Assembly: GCA_017411605.1 (NCBI GenBank)
Contig: JAFQPR010000009.1
Span: 13,814 to 77,813, forward strand
Length of the DNA stretch: 64,000 bases
Reading direction: 5' to 3'
Origin: Clostridia bacterium
GTDB taxonomy: Bacteria; Bacillota; Clostridia; Oscillospirales; CAG-272
Part shown: positions 1-9,272 of the stretch, piece by piece
Layout: the number at the start of each line of letters is the position of its first letter
Position numbering within the stretch: position 1 is the stretch's first letter
Notes under the pieces: generated by a model
What the model saw: only the letters and a program-made list of their open reading frames with translations
What the model was told of the DNA's origin: nothing
Database searches by the model: none
Program-made: the position numbers and the translations under genes

Positions 1-64
1 CGTTCTCGTTTTCGTCGCTGCTTTGTGCGTAGCGTTGGGAATTGTTTTTCTGAATTTTATTTAA
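1..64 (+). CDS. 3' end of an ORF starting upstream of the window; hydrophobic C-terminus (..VLVFVAALCVALGIVFLNFI*), function unknown
   Basis: Frame 2 is open from the window edge to TAA at 62-64 and is followed by a strong hairpin at 77-125. Confidence 0.25.
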   Translation, partial: VLVFVAALCVALGIVFLNFI

Positions 65-76
65 AAAAACACAAAG

Positions 77-125
77 AAAGCGGATGCTGAGTACCTTTCG
101 GTAAAGAGCATCCGCTTTATTCTTT
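77..125. terminator. Bidirectional rho-independent terminator between convergent genes
   Basis: Perfect 12-bp stem AAAGCGGATGCT (77-88) / AGCATCCGCTTT (107-118) with an A-run before and a T-rich tract after. Confidence 0.6.
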
Positions 126-164
126 TAGCTATTTTGTTGTGTGGGGGTTAAATGCTTTTTGAGT

Positions 165-1919
165 TTATTTTACAAGCTCGCAGAATTCATCAATATCGTC
201 TGCGATTACCTGAAGACCTGCGCGCCAGAAGTCACGCGAGGTAAGATCGATTCCTGCGATCATGGCGCAATCCTCGATATCGGTAACGCTCGTTGCGCGC
301 AGCAGCTTTTTGTAGGTATCAACAAAGGGTTTACCCTCTGCCTTGTATTTAGCGTAAAGACCTCTTGCGAAAAGACCGCCGAATGCGTAGGGGAAGTTAT
401 AGAACGAGAGCCCGCCGCTGTAATAGTGTCCCTTGCAGAGCCACATATAAGGATGCATAAAGTTCTCGTCAAGTCCGTCGCCGTATGCCTTTTTCTGAGC
501 CTCGAGCATAAGAGCGCACATTTTATCTGCGTTCATAAACTCGGTGGGGCGGTTTTCAAATACAGAGCTTTCAAAGGTGTATCTTGAATAGATATCGCAG
601 ATTATCTGGCAAGCGTCCATAAGCTGGCTTTCGATAAGAGCTATGCGCTCTTCCTTTTCCTTTGCCTCGGAGATTACCGTGGACATAACGAGCACCTCGT
701 TAAAGGTTGACGCGGTTTCCGCAACGGGCATCGAATAATCCTGGTTGAGCAGAGAGTGAGAGAACACCTGCCTGTCGTGGAATGAGTGTCCGAGCTCGTG
801 GGCGAGGGTTACGATATCGCTGAACGAGCCGTCAAAATTCGTGAGAACTCGGCTCTCTTTTGCGGAGGGAACACCGCAGTCGAAAGCTCCGCCGACCTTA
901 CCCTCACGAGGATAGAAATCTATCCAACGGTTTTCAAACGCGTATTTTACCATATCGTGAAGCTCGCTGTCAAAATTGCCGAATATCTTAAGAAGGTAAT
1001 CCTTCGCTTCTTCAACGGTATAGGTCTTGTCGCACTTGCCCATTGGCGCGAAGAGATCGTACCAGGGGAGTCCGCCCTCGTGACCGAGAGCCTTTGCTTT
1101 TGCCTTAAGGTATTTTCTGAAGTGAGGCATATACTCTTCCATAGCGCCGAGAAGAGCATCAAGGGTTTCTTTCTTCATTCTCGAGGTATAGAGAGTTTTT
1201 GCGAGAGGAGATTCGTAGCCTCTGAGCTCGCACTCGGTGAGCACCTGAAGCTTGATGCTGTTAAGTGAGAAGGCAATCGCGTCCTTTATGGAGTCGTAGC
1301 AGGCAAGCTCTGCCTCGTATGCCGCGCGACGGGTTTTTGCATCGGGGCTGTACGCGAGATTTCTTACGCTCGAAAGTCCCATTTCCTTACCGTCAACGGT
1401 AGCCTTTACACTGCTCGTAAGCGAGCTTTGAAGATCGCTCCACGCAGATGCGCCGCTGAGGTTAAGCTTTGCAAAAACAGTTTCCTCGCCCTCGGAGAGA
1501 AGATATTTGCTGTCGCGTAGAATGTTCATAAGGTAATACTTATACTCTGAAAGCGCAGGCGTACTGTTGATTACTTTCTCAAGATCATCGAAGCTTGCGA
1601 TAAGCTTGCTGAGAGCGGCGCTAGGCGCTGCTGTTGAGCTTATTATCGCCATAACTCTTCCGAGAGCGGAAGCGGCTTCTACGTCTGCGGTATTTGCTGA
1701 GTATCTGAGATTGGCGAATATTGCAAGCTTATTTGCAAGTGATGAAATTTTTTCGGTATTTGAAATGAAACTAACGAGAAGCTCGCTTTTTTCCATCGAA
1801 GCGGCTGATTTTGCAAAATCGGCAAGCGCTTTTGCTTCACCGTCTAAAGCTGCGAGGTCCTCTGCATATCGAGGATCGTCAAATCCGTTATATAAAATAC
1901 TAAGATCCCAGGTTTTCAT
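165..1919 (-). CDS. pepF: M3B family oligoendopeptidase F
   Basis: 584-aa ORF with zinc motif HELGH (TLAHELGHSFHD); length and overall sequence are PepF-like. Confidence 0.88.
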   Translation of the reverse strand: MKTWDLSILYNGFDDPRYAEDLAALDGEAKALADFAKSAASMEKSELLVSFISNTEKISSLANKLAIFANLRYSANTADVEAASALGRVMAIISSTAAPSAALSKLIASFDDLEKVINSTPALSEYKYYLMNILRDSKYLLSEGEETVFAKLNLSGASAWSDLQSSLTSSVKATVDGKEMGLSSVRNLAYSPDAKTRRAAYEAELACYDSIKDAIAFSLNSIKLQVLTECELRGYESPLAKTLYTSRMKKETLDALLGAMEEYMPHFRKYLKAKAKALGHEGGLPWYDLFAPMGKCDKTYTVEEAKDYLLKIFGNFDSELHDMVKYAFENRWIDFYPREGKVGGAFDCGVPSAKESRVLTNFDGSFSDIVTLAHELGHSFHDRQVFSHSLLNQDYSMPVAETASTFNEVLVMSTVISEAKEKEERIALIESQLMDACQIICDIYSRYTFESSVFENRPTEFMNADKMCALMLEAQKKAYGDGLDENFMHPYMWLCKGHYYSGGLSFYNFPYAFGGLFARGLYAKYKAEGKPFVDTYKKLLRATSVTDIEDCAMIAGIDLTSRDFWRAGLQVIADDIDEFCELVK

Positions 1920-2108
1920 AGGTTTATCCCTTCTTTTTTAAAATATATGCTGTTATTATATCATAATGAGATATAAAAGTAAAGTGCTTTCTCGTTTTTG
2001 TGACTCTATTCTTGCTTTTTCATAAAATGATAAGGGGTAAACCGTGCCAACGTTGTGATAACGTGGCGGCAGCCTCATATTACTCTATATCAGAGGAAGG
2101 AAAACGGT

Positions 2109-2180
2109 ATGAAGATCGTTCTTGTTCGTTCACCGAAATTTTTAGCGCCCATACTTAAAAAGCTTTTCGGAATTAAGTAA
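2109..2180 (+). CDS. spoVM: Stage V sporulation protein M-like 23-aa amphipathic peptide
   Basis: Short ORF not in the track: MKIVLVRSPKFLAPILKKLFGIK. It fits the SpoVM pattern (M-K-x-x-x-[IV]-[KR]-x-P-K-F-L, basic amphipathic helix, about 25 aa). Purine-rich RBS GAGGAAGG sits 8 nt upstream and its own terminator is at 2245-2278. Confidence 0.65.
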   Translation: MKIVLVRSPKFLAPILKKLFGIK

Positions 2181-2244
2181 AAAATGATTATTTCACTCAG
2201 GTTTCACTTGCCTGTGTGATATTATTTGTGCATCCTATATATTG

Positions 2245-2278
2245 AAAGCAGAGCGTTAACATTTCGCTCTGCTTTTTT
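2245..2278 (+). terminator. Rho-independent terminator after the spoVM-like ORF
   Basis: Stem AAAGCAGAGCG (2245-2255) / CGCTCTGCTTT (2265-2275) followed by TTT. Confidence 0.7.
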
Positions 2279-2351
2279 GATAATAGTTTGTCAACTTCGC
2301 GTATTATTCCAATTTTTCTCATATTATTAATCTCCGCATAAAATTTGATTT

Positions 2352-2418
2352 TTGTCCTGTTACAAGACAATTATTTCTTGAAAGTAGTATATCATAAAGT
2401 GTGTCTTATGTCAAGACA
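2352..2418. promoter_or_regulatory. Two operator-like palindromes with TTGTCTTG-type half-sites upstream of the XRE regulator
   Basis: TTGTCCTG-tta-CAAGACAA (2352-2370) and TGTCTT-atgtc-AAGACA (2402-2418), 50 bp apart, just upstream of the RBS/ATG at 2441. Confidence 0.35.
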
Positions 2419-2440
2419 AAACTTTGAGATGGAGATTGTT

Positions 2441-2698
2441 ATGGCGCGAATAATAGATGGCGAAAAAAAGAACCTAATAGGAAAAAATCTAAAAAAGCTC
2501 AGGAAAAAAATGAAAATAAGTCAGCAAGAATTATCAGCAAAGTTGGAACTGTTGGGAGTATATATTTGTCGAGGCTCAGTTTCAAGAATTGAGGACTATT
2601 CCAGAACAGTTACGGATATTGAGCTTTATGCCATTGCAGAAGTGCTGGGTGTTGACATCGGTGAACTTTATTCAAAGGATGGTTCAAAAGAGAATTAA
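2441..2698 (+). CDS. XRE-family helix-turn-helix transcriptional regulator (85 aa)
   Basis: HTH_3 pattern IGKNLKKLRKKMKISQQELSAKL..VSRIE. GGAGA RBS lies 7 nt before the ATG at 2441; the longer track ORF from 2345 has no RBS. Confidence 0.85.
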   Translation: MARIIDGEKKNLIGKNLKKLRKKMKISQQELSAKLELLGVYICRGSVSRIEDYSRTVTDIELYAIAEVLGVDIGELYSKDGSKEN

Positions 2699-2747
2699 GG
2701 CTTCCGTCTGCATCGATATATGAATAATGTATATTTTGAAATAACAT

Positions 2748-2790
2748 AGGCTGGTTCGGGTTGAAATAACCTTGACCAGCCTGTTTTGTT
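2748..2790 (+). terminator. Hairpin terminator after the XRE gene
   Basis: AGGCTGGT (2748-2755) / ACCAGCCT (2775-2782) followed by GTTTTGTT. Confidence 0.5.
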
Positions 2791-2847
2791 GATATAGCAA
2801 TGGGCCGAGTTGAAGCTTTTAATAAGTCAACAACTCAACCCTTCGTA

Positions 2848-3810
2848 TTAAATGTTTTCGCAAATAAATTTAAATATAAGGTCGCCCGAGCCCTTCAGCC
2901 CTTCGTGACCGTAATCGGGGTAGATCTCCATTTTCTTTTCTGCGGTTATTTTGTTATAAGCCGCAAATTGCGTGGATGGAGGACAGGTCGTATCCATAAG
3001 GCCTGTGGACATATAAACCTTAGCCTTTATTCTCGGAGCTAAGAACTGAAGATCGATATAACCGAGTTTTTCGAAAAATTCATCAATATGCTCGTGGCGG
3101 GGATCAAAGTGGCGGAGATAGTATCTCATACCTTCGTATGCGCCCTTGTCAAGGTCCATATCCCATACGCGCTTATAGTCGCAAAGATAAGGATAAACCG
3201 GAGCGCAGAGCTTGATTTCGGGAACAAGAGATGCGCAAGCGAGAGAAAGCGCGCCGCCCTGCGAGCCACCGGTTACGGCAACTCTGGTTTCGTCAACATA
3301 ATCAAGTGACATTACGACCTTTGCAAGAGCCGCTGTATCAAGGAAGAGATCGCGACATAGAAGGTCATTTGGCTCTCCGTCAAAGCCACGCATGAATGGT
3401 GTTGTATAGGTTGTGCCGGGAACGCCGCCGACGTCCTCGGAGTAACCGCCTTGACCGCGCGTGTCAAGCATAGCAACGACGTAGCCTTGAGCTACGTATT
3501 TAATCGCATCATTCCACTCGGGGGATGAGCCTGAAAGTCCGTGAAAAACGAGAACCGAGGGAGCCTTACCGACAATAGTTTTCGGCTTTAAGAATTTAGC
3601 AAATATTCGTGCGCCTTTTGTACCGTTAAAGGTGAGCTCGAATGCTTCGGATATCGAACAAGGAAAATCGTGTGGTGCGAATGCGGGATCGAGGTCGATA
3701 GAGTTAAGCTCTTCAAGCGATGAGTTCCAGAATTCATCAAAGTCATTTGGTTTAGGATTAACTCCCATATATTCTTTAAGTCGGGCGAGTGGCATGTCGA
3801 CAATTGGCAT
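2848..3810 (-). CDS. CE7 acetyl xylan esterase / cephalosporin-C deacetylase family
   Basis: All three CE7 signatures are present: RGQGG, GGSQGG (nucleophile elbow) and C-terminal YGHEG. 320 aa, no signal peptide. Confidence 0.88.
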   Translation of the reverse strand: MPIVDMPLARLKEYMGVNPKPNDFDEFWNSSLEELNSIDLDPAFAPHDFPCSISEAFELTFNGTKGARIFAKFLKPKTIVGKAPSVLVFHGLSGSSPEWNDAIKYVAQGYVVAMLDTRGQGGYSEDVGGVPGTTYTTPFMRGFDGEPNDLLCRDLFLDTAALAKVVMSLDYVDETRVAVTGGSQGGALSLACASLVPEIKLCAPVYPYLCDYKRVWDMDLDKGAYEGMRYYLRHFDPRHEHIDEFFEKLGYIDLQFLAPRIKAKVYMSTGLMDTTCPPSTQFAAYNKITAEKKMEIYPDYGHEGLKGSGDLIFKFICENI

Positions 3811-3848
3811 TTTTAAAAATCTCCTTTGTAAAAAATAATTAAATGTAA

Positions 3849-4847
3849 TTAATTGTTTTCGTTTTTGACACTATTTCCTTTTTTCTTAGGTTGATAATTG
3901 AGAATGAATATGCCGAGGCACACAAGAAGAAGCGCTGCTATAAGGTTGATTATTCCGACGTTACTGTCCTCGGTGAGAAGAAGAGAGGTAAGCAAAACTC
4001 CGAAGATAGGGGTGGTGAAGCTGAATATTGTAACCTTTGACACGGGGTTATACTTAAGCAAAATACCCCACAGTGAATATGCAATGGCTGAGAGAAAGGC
4101 GAGATAAACGAGAACTGCAATTCCTTTACCGGATCCGAGGTTGATTTCTCCGCCGAAGCAAAGACCGATTATTATCATAACGGCGCCGCCGAGGATGAAC
4201 TGATACCCGCTTATAGTTACGGGATCCTCGTCCTTTGAGAATATCTTTATGAGTGTTGAAGAAACCGCAAGGGAGATCGCAGAAAAAATACAGAATCCGT
4301 CACCAAGGAAGTTCATAGTAAGGTTAAGTCCCGTAAGATTTATAACGACTATGCCGCTAAGACCTAACACGCACGCAAGGATCTTTTTTGCGTTCAGCTT
4401 TTCAAGCTTGAACATCAAGGATGATACGAGAATAGCGAAGAAGGTAGATGAGCCTGTAAGAATAGTACCTTTAACGCCGCTTGTGTTTGCGAGTCCTACG
4501 TAGAAGAATATATACTGAAGAACCGTTTGAAACGCCGAAACTATCGCGATCTTTCCGTAATTTTCTACCTTGGGATAAAGAAATTTTTTTCTTGCGATGC
4601 TAAAAATTACGACGGTGAGCACTCCCGCGAAGAAGAAGCGTATTCCCGCAAACAGTATCGTGGAAGGAACGTCCTTTTCGGGAAGAAGCAAGCCGTAGCC
4701 TATCTTAATAAAGGGCGTTGCGCTGCCCCAGAGCGCGCAGCACAGAAGCGCTACGAGGGTTATGAAGAGGGGATGAGTAAAAAGAGCCTCTCCCTTGATT
4801 TTTAAAGCTTTCACAGTTTTGATACTCCGTTGATTTCGATCTATCAT
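3849..4847 (-). CDS. DMT superfamily (EamA-like) permease
   Basis: 332 aa, about 10 hydrophobic helices arranged as two EamA-like halves. Confidence 0.75.
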   Translation of the reverse strand: MIDRNQRSIKTVKALKIKGEALFTHPLFITLVALLCCALWGSATPFIKIGYGLLLPEKDVPSTILFAGIRFFFAGVLTVVIFSIARKKFLYPKVENYGKIAIVSAFQTVLQYIFFYVGLANTSGVKGTILTGSSTFFAILVSSLMFKLEKLNAKKILACVLGLSGIVVINLTGLNLTMNFLGDGFCIFSAISLAVSSTLIKIFSKDEDPVTISGYQFILGGAVMIIIGLCFGGEINLGSGKGIAVLVYLAFLSAIAYSLWGILLKYNPVSKVTIFSFTTPIFGVLLTSLLLTEDSNVGIINLIAALLLVCLGIFILNYQPKKKGNSVKNENN

Positions 4848-4932
4848 ATCATAACATAAGAAGCGGGTAAAGTCAAGATTGAAGAGGCTTTTCTTGTTAT
4901 TTGTTTTTTACTTTTATTTAGTCTTTATGATA

Positions 4933-6699
4933 TTATTGCGCTTTTGTAATATAAGTAGGCTTATATCCATAGGCTTCCTCGAATACGGTGTTCCAAGCAG
5001 CCGTGTTGTCCGCCATCATTTTTTTGACACGGTCGCGCTCGTCCAGTGACATATCGGGGTGGATCGGAGAGCAGATATTTACGGTGTATTCCTGGATAGG
5101 GAAGCCGTCCTCGCCTATAAGGTCGGTATCCTTCATAGTGATAAAGCAGGGAAGTATCGGCACTTCGTTTTTGACGGCAAAGCTGAATGCGCCGGCTTTT
5201 AGAGGTTTAGGCTTTCTGTAATTCCACCACATACTCTGCTCTGGGTAGACGAGAACAAAGTTACCTTTTTTGAGAAGGGTGTTCGTTGCATCAATGAATT
5301 TTTTTAGAGTTTTACAGTTCGAGGAGAGTGGGAGCGTGTTGCAGTTTCTCATAAGAAATCCGTAAAAGCCCGGGAAGCTCGTGTAGTTTCCCTCTCTTAT
5401 AACGCGAAAGAATTTTCTCTTTTTATGACCCGAGGCATCGTAAGCCATCTGTATCGCAAAGCTATCAAATGCATTGAAGTGGTTGCAGGTTATTACTGCA
5501 CCGCTGTCAAGGTTTTTGAAGTTTTCAACGCCACGGATCTCCTTGACGATCATTTTTTTGTCCTTGATAAGACGTCTTACGAAAAGACGCGCCGCGCCGA
5601 ATGCGACCTTGGTTTTTATCTTCTTAAAAATGCTGTTACTTAAGTAATTGATATCCTCGGGCATAAGGACCTTTGAGGGGGGATCGTTTTCAACGTCAAT
5701 ATCAAACTTTCCTTCTCTCTCGTATTCGTCAATCTTTTTTAAAACCGCAACTCTGTCGGCGGAACGCCCTTTTGCATTTAGGCGAGCAAGGTAATTGTCC
5801 TCTCTGTTTGTTTCGGTTATCGCGAGTTGTAAAAGCTTATCGCAGCTTTCGGCATCGCGCGCACGCTCCTCGTCGGTGTAAGCGTCAAGCTCGGCACGGA
5901 TATCGGAGTATACCGATGTATTTTCCGCATATTTCCAGAATATATCGCCGTGTCTGCAATCCGCATAATGCCAAGGCTTGCTCGTCATTATGTAATGAAG
6001 TATCTTTGCTTCCTCTATGGGGTATGGAATCTCACCGAAAATCTCGGTGTTCCATCTTTGGTCGAGCCAGAAAACGCGATCTTTGCAGATAAGGTTGAGA
6101 TAATCCTCGTCCTGAGTAACAACGAAATTATATTCACCGAGCAGCTTGATAAATTTATCAAGCACTTTTTTCTCTCTGAATTTTTGGCAATTTATTACTA
6201 TCATACCGGCGTTGAAGAATGCGTGCCTTGAAACTCCGACCACCTGCTCCGCATAAGTGCCGTATTCGTCAACCTGTACCATTGCTTGCTCGTGGCACGC
6301 GCCGACGTAGTTTTCCTTTATATCTATCTCGTAAAGCTCGCTTATATCTCCCTGTACTACGGTATCACTGTCGATGTATATTGCTTTATCGTAGCCACGG
6401 AAGAGCTCTGCGATAAACATTCTGTAGTATGTAGTTTTGGAGTAATAATCTCTTATGGGGAGTCTGTAAGCGATATCCTGAAGTCTGCTCGCGAGGTTTA
6501 TAAAGCTTAAAGAGAAGTTTTTGTTTTGCAGTTTTGTCAGCTCCGCTCTCATTTTTTCTGACAAACCCGTGTGTAGAATATATACTCTGTAATCGTAGTC
6601 TTTGCTTGCGTTTTGTATCATGGACGTGAGTGATACTATTGTGTATTTTATAAACGTATCATCACACGAGTAAAAAATAGGTATTGTCTTTTTGCTCAT
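4933..6699 (-). CDS. Fusion protein: N-terminal GT8 glycosyltransferase plus C-terminal lysophospholipid (PlsC-type) acyltransferase
   Basis: GT8 motifs YIDSDTVV (DxD), FNAGMIV and TQDEDYLN in aa 1-280. LPLAT motifs NHFNAFD (HX4D) and YPEQSMWW in aa 400-500. Confidence 0.8.
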   Translation of the reverse strand: MSKKTIPIFYSCDDTFIKYTIVSLTSMIQNASKDYDYRVYILHTGLSEKMRAELTKLQNKNFSLSFINLASRLQDIAYRLPIRDYYSKTTYYRMFIAELFRGYDKAIYIDSDTVVQGDISELYEIDIKENYVGACHEQAMVQVDEYGTYAEQVVGVSRHAFFNAGMIVINCQKFREKKVLDKFIKLLGEYNFVVTQDEDYLNLICKDRVFWLDQRWNTEIFGEIPYPIEEAKILHYIMTSKPWHYADCRHGDIFWKYAENTSVYSDIRAELDAYTDEERARDAESCDKLLQLAITETNREDNYLARLNAKGRSADRVAVLKKIDEYEREGKFDIDVENDPPSKVLMPEDINYLSNSIFKKIKTKVAFGAARLFVRRLIKDKKMIVKEIRGVENFKNLDSGAVITCNHFNAFDSFAIQMAYDASGHKKRKFFRVIREGNYTSFPGFYGFLMRNCNTLPLSSNCKTLKKFIDATNTLLKKGNFVLVYPEQSMWWNYRKPKPLKAGAFSFAVKNEVPILPCFITMKDTDLIGEDGFPIQEYTVNICSPIHPDMSLDERDRVKKMMADNTAAWNTVFEEAYGYKPTYITKAQ

Positions 6700-7535
6700 T
6701 TATTATTGATCTCCCTGTCGTACTTTTCCTTAAGATAAATGTACTCATAAAGAATGTCGTCAAAGGTGTAGTATCCGAATGTCTTGTGTATTCTGCTGAC
6801 CTGCCATTGCTTGATATTGTCGGTATGAGGGTAGGGAAGCCAGAACAGTCTTTTTGAAAAATGTCGAACGACTGTGCTTTTGTGCAAAAACTTTTGGTCG
6901 TTGAATTTTTGCGGAAGAACCTTTCTTTTTGCGCTCGAACGTATGAGCGCGCTTTGATCTGCGAAAACGAGTTTTTTTGTTTTTATCAGCTCGCGCGCTT
7001 TCTCGAAAAGCCCCGTTTCTCTCGCTCGTCGCATATTAAACAAAATAACGCCCGCGTTGATATAATTTGGGTTGATTAAATATTTTCCGTAGTGATCTCT
7101 TGCGGCGGCATACTCAACCTCTTCTACACTGAGTTTATAGAGAAGCCTTATATCTCGGTTGAATAGTATATCCGCATCAAGATACAGAAGCTTGTCAGGA
7201 ATGCCGTTTACCAAGTCGGCAAAAAGACGGATGAGGGTGTAGGGTGAGCAGTATGCTCCTTCGTTCGGACATCCCGAAAAATGCTTCATATATAAATCGG
7301 TTACGTCGCACTTTATAACTTTATTTTCGGAATTATAGTCCTTTACTACGTCCGAAAGAAATGCGACCTTACCGTCGCTTATGGAAATGTAGCTCTCTTT
7401 CAGGTGAGGCAAGTCCATAGTGAAGATATAGAAGGTGAACGGCTCTTTTGTGCTCGTGCGCTTGAGTATCGAGAGGGCGCTTGTTAAAATACCGTCGAAT
7501 ACTCCGTCGTTGCCGCAGAATAAAATATTAATCAT
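6696..7535 (-). CDS. GT8 family glycosyltransferase
   Basis: YLDADILF (DxD), INAGVILFN and ADQSAL motifs. The stop overlaps the start of the downstream fusion gene (ATGA, 6696-6699). Confidence 0.85.
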   Translation of the reverse strand: MINILFCGNDGVFDGILTSALSILKRTSTKEPFTFYIFTMDLPHLKESYISISDGKVAFLSDVVKDYNSENKVIKCDVTDLYMKHFSGCPNEGAYCSPYTLIRLFADLVNGIPDKLLYLDADILFNRDIRLLYKLSVEEVEYAAARDHYGKYLINPNYINAGVILFNMRRARETGLFEKARELIKTKKLVFADQSALIRSSAKRKVLPQKFNDQKFLHKSTVVRHFSKRLFWLPYPHTDNIKQWQVSRIHKTFGYYTFDDILYEYIYLKEKYDREINNK

Positions 7536-8319
7536 CTTTTTGATCTTTCTTTATATATTGTATCTTTACGTACGTTGAAGTTTTTGCCCGCTCGCTCATA
7601 CAGGCGTAGACCTTGTTACGCAGGTCTGCTCTTTGTTCTTTCGGCGAAAGCTCGGGGTCTGCATAGAACGGCCCGTCAACGTATGTGATTATTTTGACCT
7701 TGTTTCGGGAAAAAAACTTGCGCTCGTGGTAGGTGTTTGTAAAGCAGAATACGGGAGCGTTGAGCTTCACGGGATACGAGAATGATACGTCGGTAAATGG
7801 GCGTATTCCCGTATAATACGGCCAGATATGCGCTTCGGGATAGATAACTACAGCGCACCCTTCCTTGATCCGTCTTTCCACCGCGGCGATGAAGTTTTTA
7901 TAAGCCTTCATATTGTCGGGGAGCGGAATTGCTCCAAGGGACGGTGTGATCCTTCCGAGAAACGGCATAGATACGTTGTTCGGATGAACGATCACATATT
8001 TGTCCTGACTGACCCCGAGCATATTTGGTATTAATGCATCTCCGATGTCTTGAGAATGGTTACCGTAAATGAAGTAGCCTGTTTTTTTGAAGGTCTTGAG
8101 CTTTTTTGCCCCAACCGATTTGTGGGCAAACTTGAGCTTGGTATACAAAAACGCAAGAGGGGTTGCTATGATTCTATACCAAAAGAAGTGAGTGAATTTT
8201 TTGAAAAGCGAGTCGTGGCAATAAACGTAATTTTCATCTATTTTCTTAGGAGTTATTTTTGCTATCGAAAACTCGTCGTTTAATTCGTCTGTGTAATATA
8301 TAACTTTTCTTTTATCCAT
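7528..8319 (-). CDS. Lysophospholipid acyltransferase (LPLAT/PlsC-like) family protein
   Basis: YGNHSQDIGD and IYPEAHIWPYYTG blocks typical of the acyltransferase family. 8-nt overlap with the downstream GT8 gene. Confidence 0.78.
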   Translation of the reverse strand: MDKRKVIYYTDELNDEFSIAKITPKKIDENYVYCHDSLFKKFTHFFWYRIIATPLAFLYTKLKFAHKSVGAKKLKTFKKTGYFIYGNHSQDIGDALIPNMLGVSQDKYVIVHPNNVSMPFLGRITPSLGAIPLPDNMKAYKNFIAAVERRIKEGCAVVIYPEAHIWPYYTGIRPFTDVSFSYPVKLNAPVFCFTNTYHERKFFSRNKVKIITYVDGPFYADPELSPKEQRADLRNKVYACMSERAKTSTYVKIQYIKKDQKDD

Positions 8320-8506
8320 TTTTGAGTCCTCATATCTGTTTTCGCTGAGGTGTACTGATTTTTTTGCGTCGAAAGTATATCACAAGAAAATAATAAATTC
8401 AATATTTTTTGCTCTCGACCTGTTTCTATCAAAAATAGAATTCTCGGAGAAGGTGAACTTTGATGTCCGATAGGACTCCACAAAACTGAGAATTCCTCAT
8501 CACGTG

Positions 8507-8535
8507 TTGACTTTTGCGCCTTTTCGTGCTATAAT
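8507..8535 (+). promoter_or_regulatory. Sigma-A type promoter
   Basis: TTGACT (8507-8512), 17-nt spacer, TATAAT (8530-8535), about 120 nt upstream of the ATG at 8658. Confidence 0.55.
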
Positions 8536-8657
8536 TAGCATAAATACTAAAATATTTAATCGATATAATTAAAAAATATAATTTTCCGCAAATTAACAAA
8601 AAAACATTAAGCGTAAATAAAGATTTACATCAGTATAAGGCAAAAAGGAGGTACAAA

Positions 8658-9272
8658 ATGCAAAATGTAAAAGAAATTATAGCCAAAAATCTTGTCTCTT
8701 TGCGAAAAGCTCGTAAGCTTACTCAGCAGGATCTTGCCGAAAAGCTTAATTACTCGGATAAAGCAATTTCACGGTGGGAGCACGCGGAAACGCTTCCTGA
8801 TATAGAAACGCTTTGCAAAATATGCGATATCTACGGTGTGAGATTTGAATATTTGCTTCAGGAAGAGCAACCCGAAAAGAATAATCCGTACATAATAAGA
8901 ACCGATATTCCCAGCAGAATAGTTACTATGTGTATAGCAGTCTGCACTGTGTGGATAGTTGCTTTTGTCGCGTATATGTACAGTAATACAATCTTTGGTA
9001 ATAACAGATGGACATTATTCATTTGGGCCATTCCAATATCGTGTGTAGTTTGTCAGATATACAATAAGGTGTATTTTATGAACAACGCTTTTAGGTGTGT
9101 CATGTATTCCGTTGGGCAATGGAGTACGATACTTGCTATTTATCTGCAGCTTTTAGAGCATAATATCTGGATGCTATTCGTTGCGGGTGTACCTGTTCAG
9201 GCTGTAATAATTCTGACGACGATACAAAGGTATAAAATGGGAAAATTACATATTGCAAAGGAGAGTAAATAA
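8658..9272 (+). CDS. Membrane-anchored XRE-family HTH regulator
   Basis: N-terminal HTH_3 (LVSLRKARKLTQQDLAEKLNYSDKAISRWE) followed by about 4 predicted TM helices. AAAGGAGG RBS. Confidence 0.8.
   Translation: MQNVKEIIAKNLVSLRKARKLTQQDLAEKLNYSDKAISRWEHAETLPDIETLCKICDIYGVRFEYLLQEEQPEKNNPYIIRTDIPSRIVTMCIAVCTVWIVAFVAYMYSNTIFGNNRWTLFIWAIPISCVVCQIYNKVYFMNNAFRCVMYSVGQWSTILAIYLQLLEHNIWMLFVAGVPVQAVIILTTIQRYKMGKLHIAKESK

Noticed and set aside
2748-2790. Possible third member of the conserved-loop terminator family; the 5' half AGGCTGGTTCGGGTTGAAATAA resembles AGGCTGGCTCAAGTTGTAAAAAAA
   Set aside because: The pairing architecture differs: here the similar segment is partly base-paired internally, and the 3' arm is unrelated. 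The resemblance is confined to about 20 nt and may be chance.
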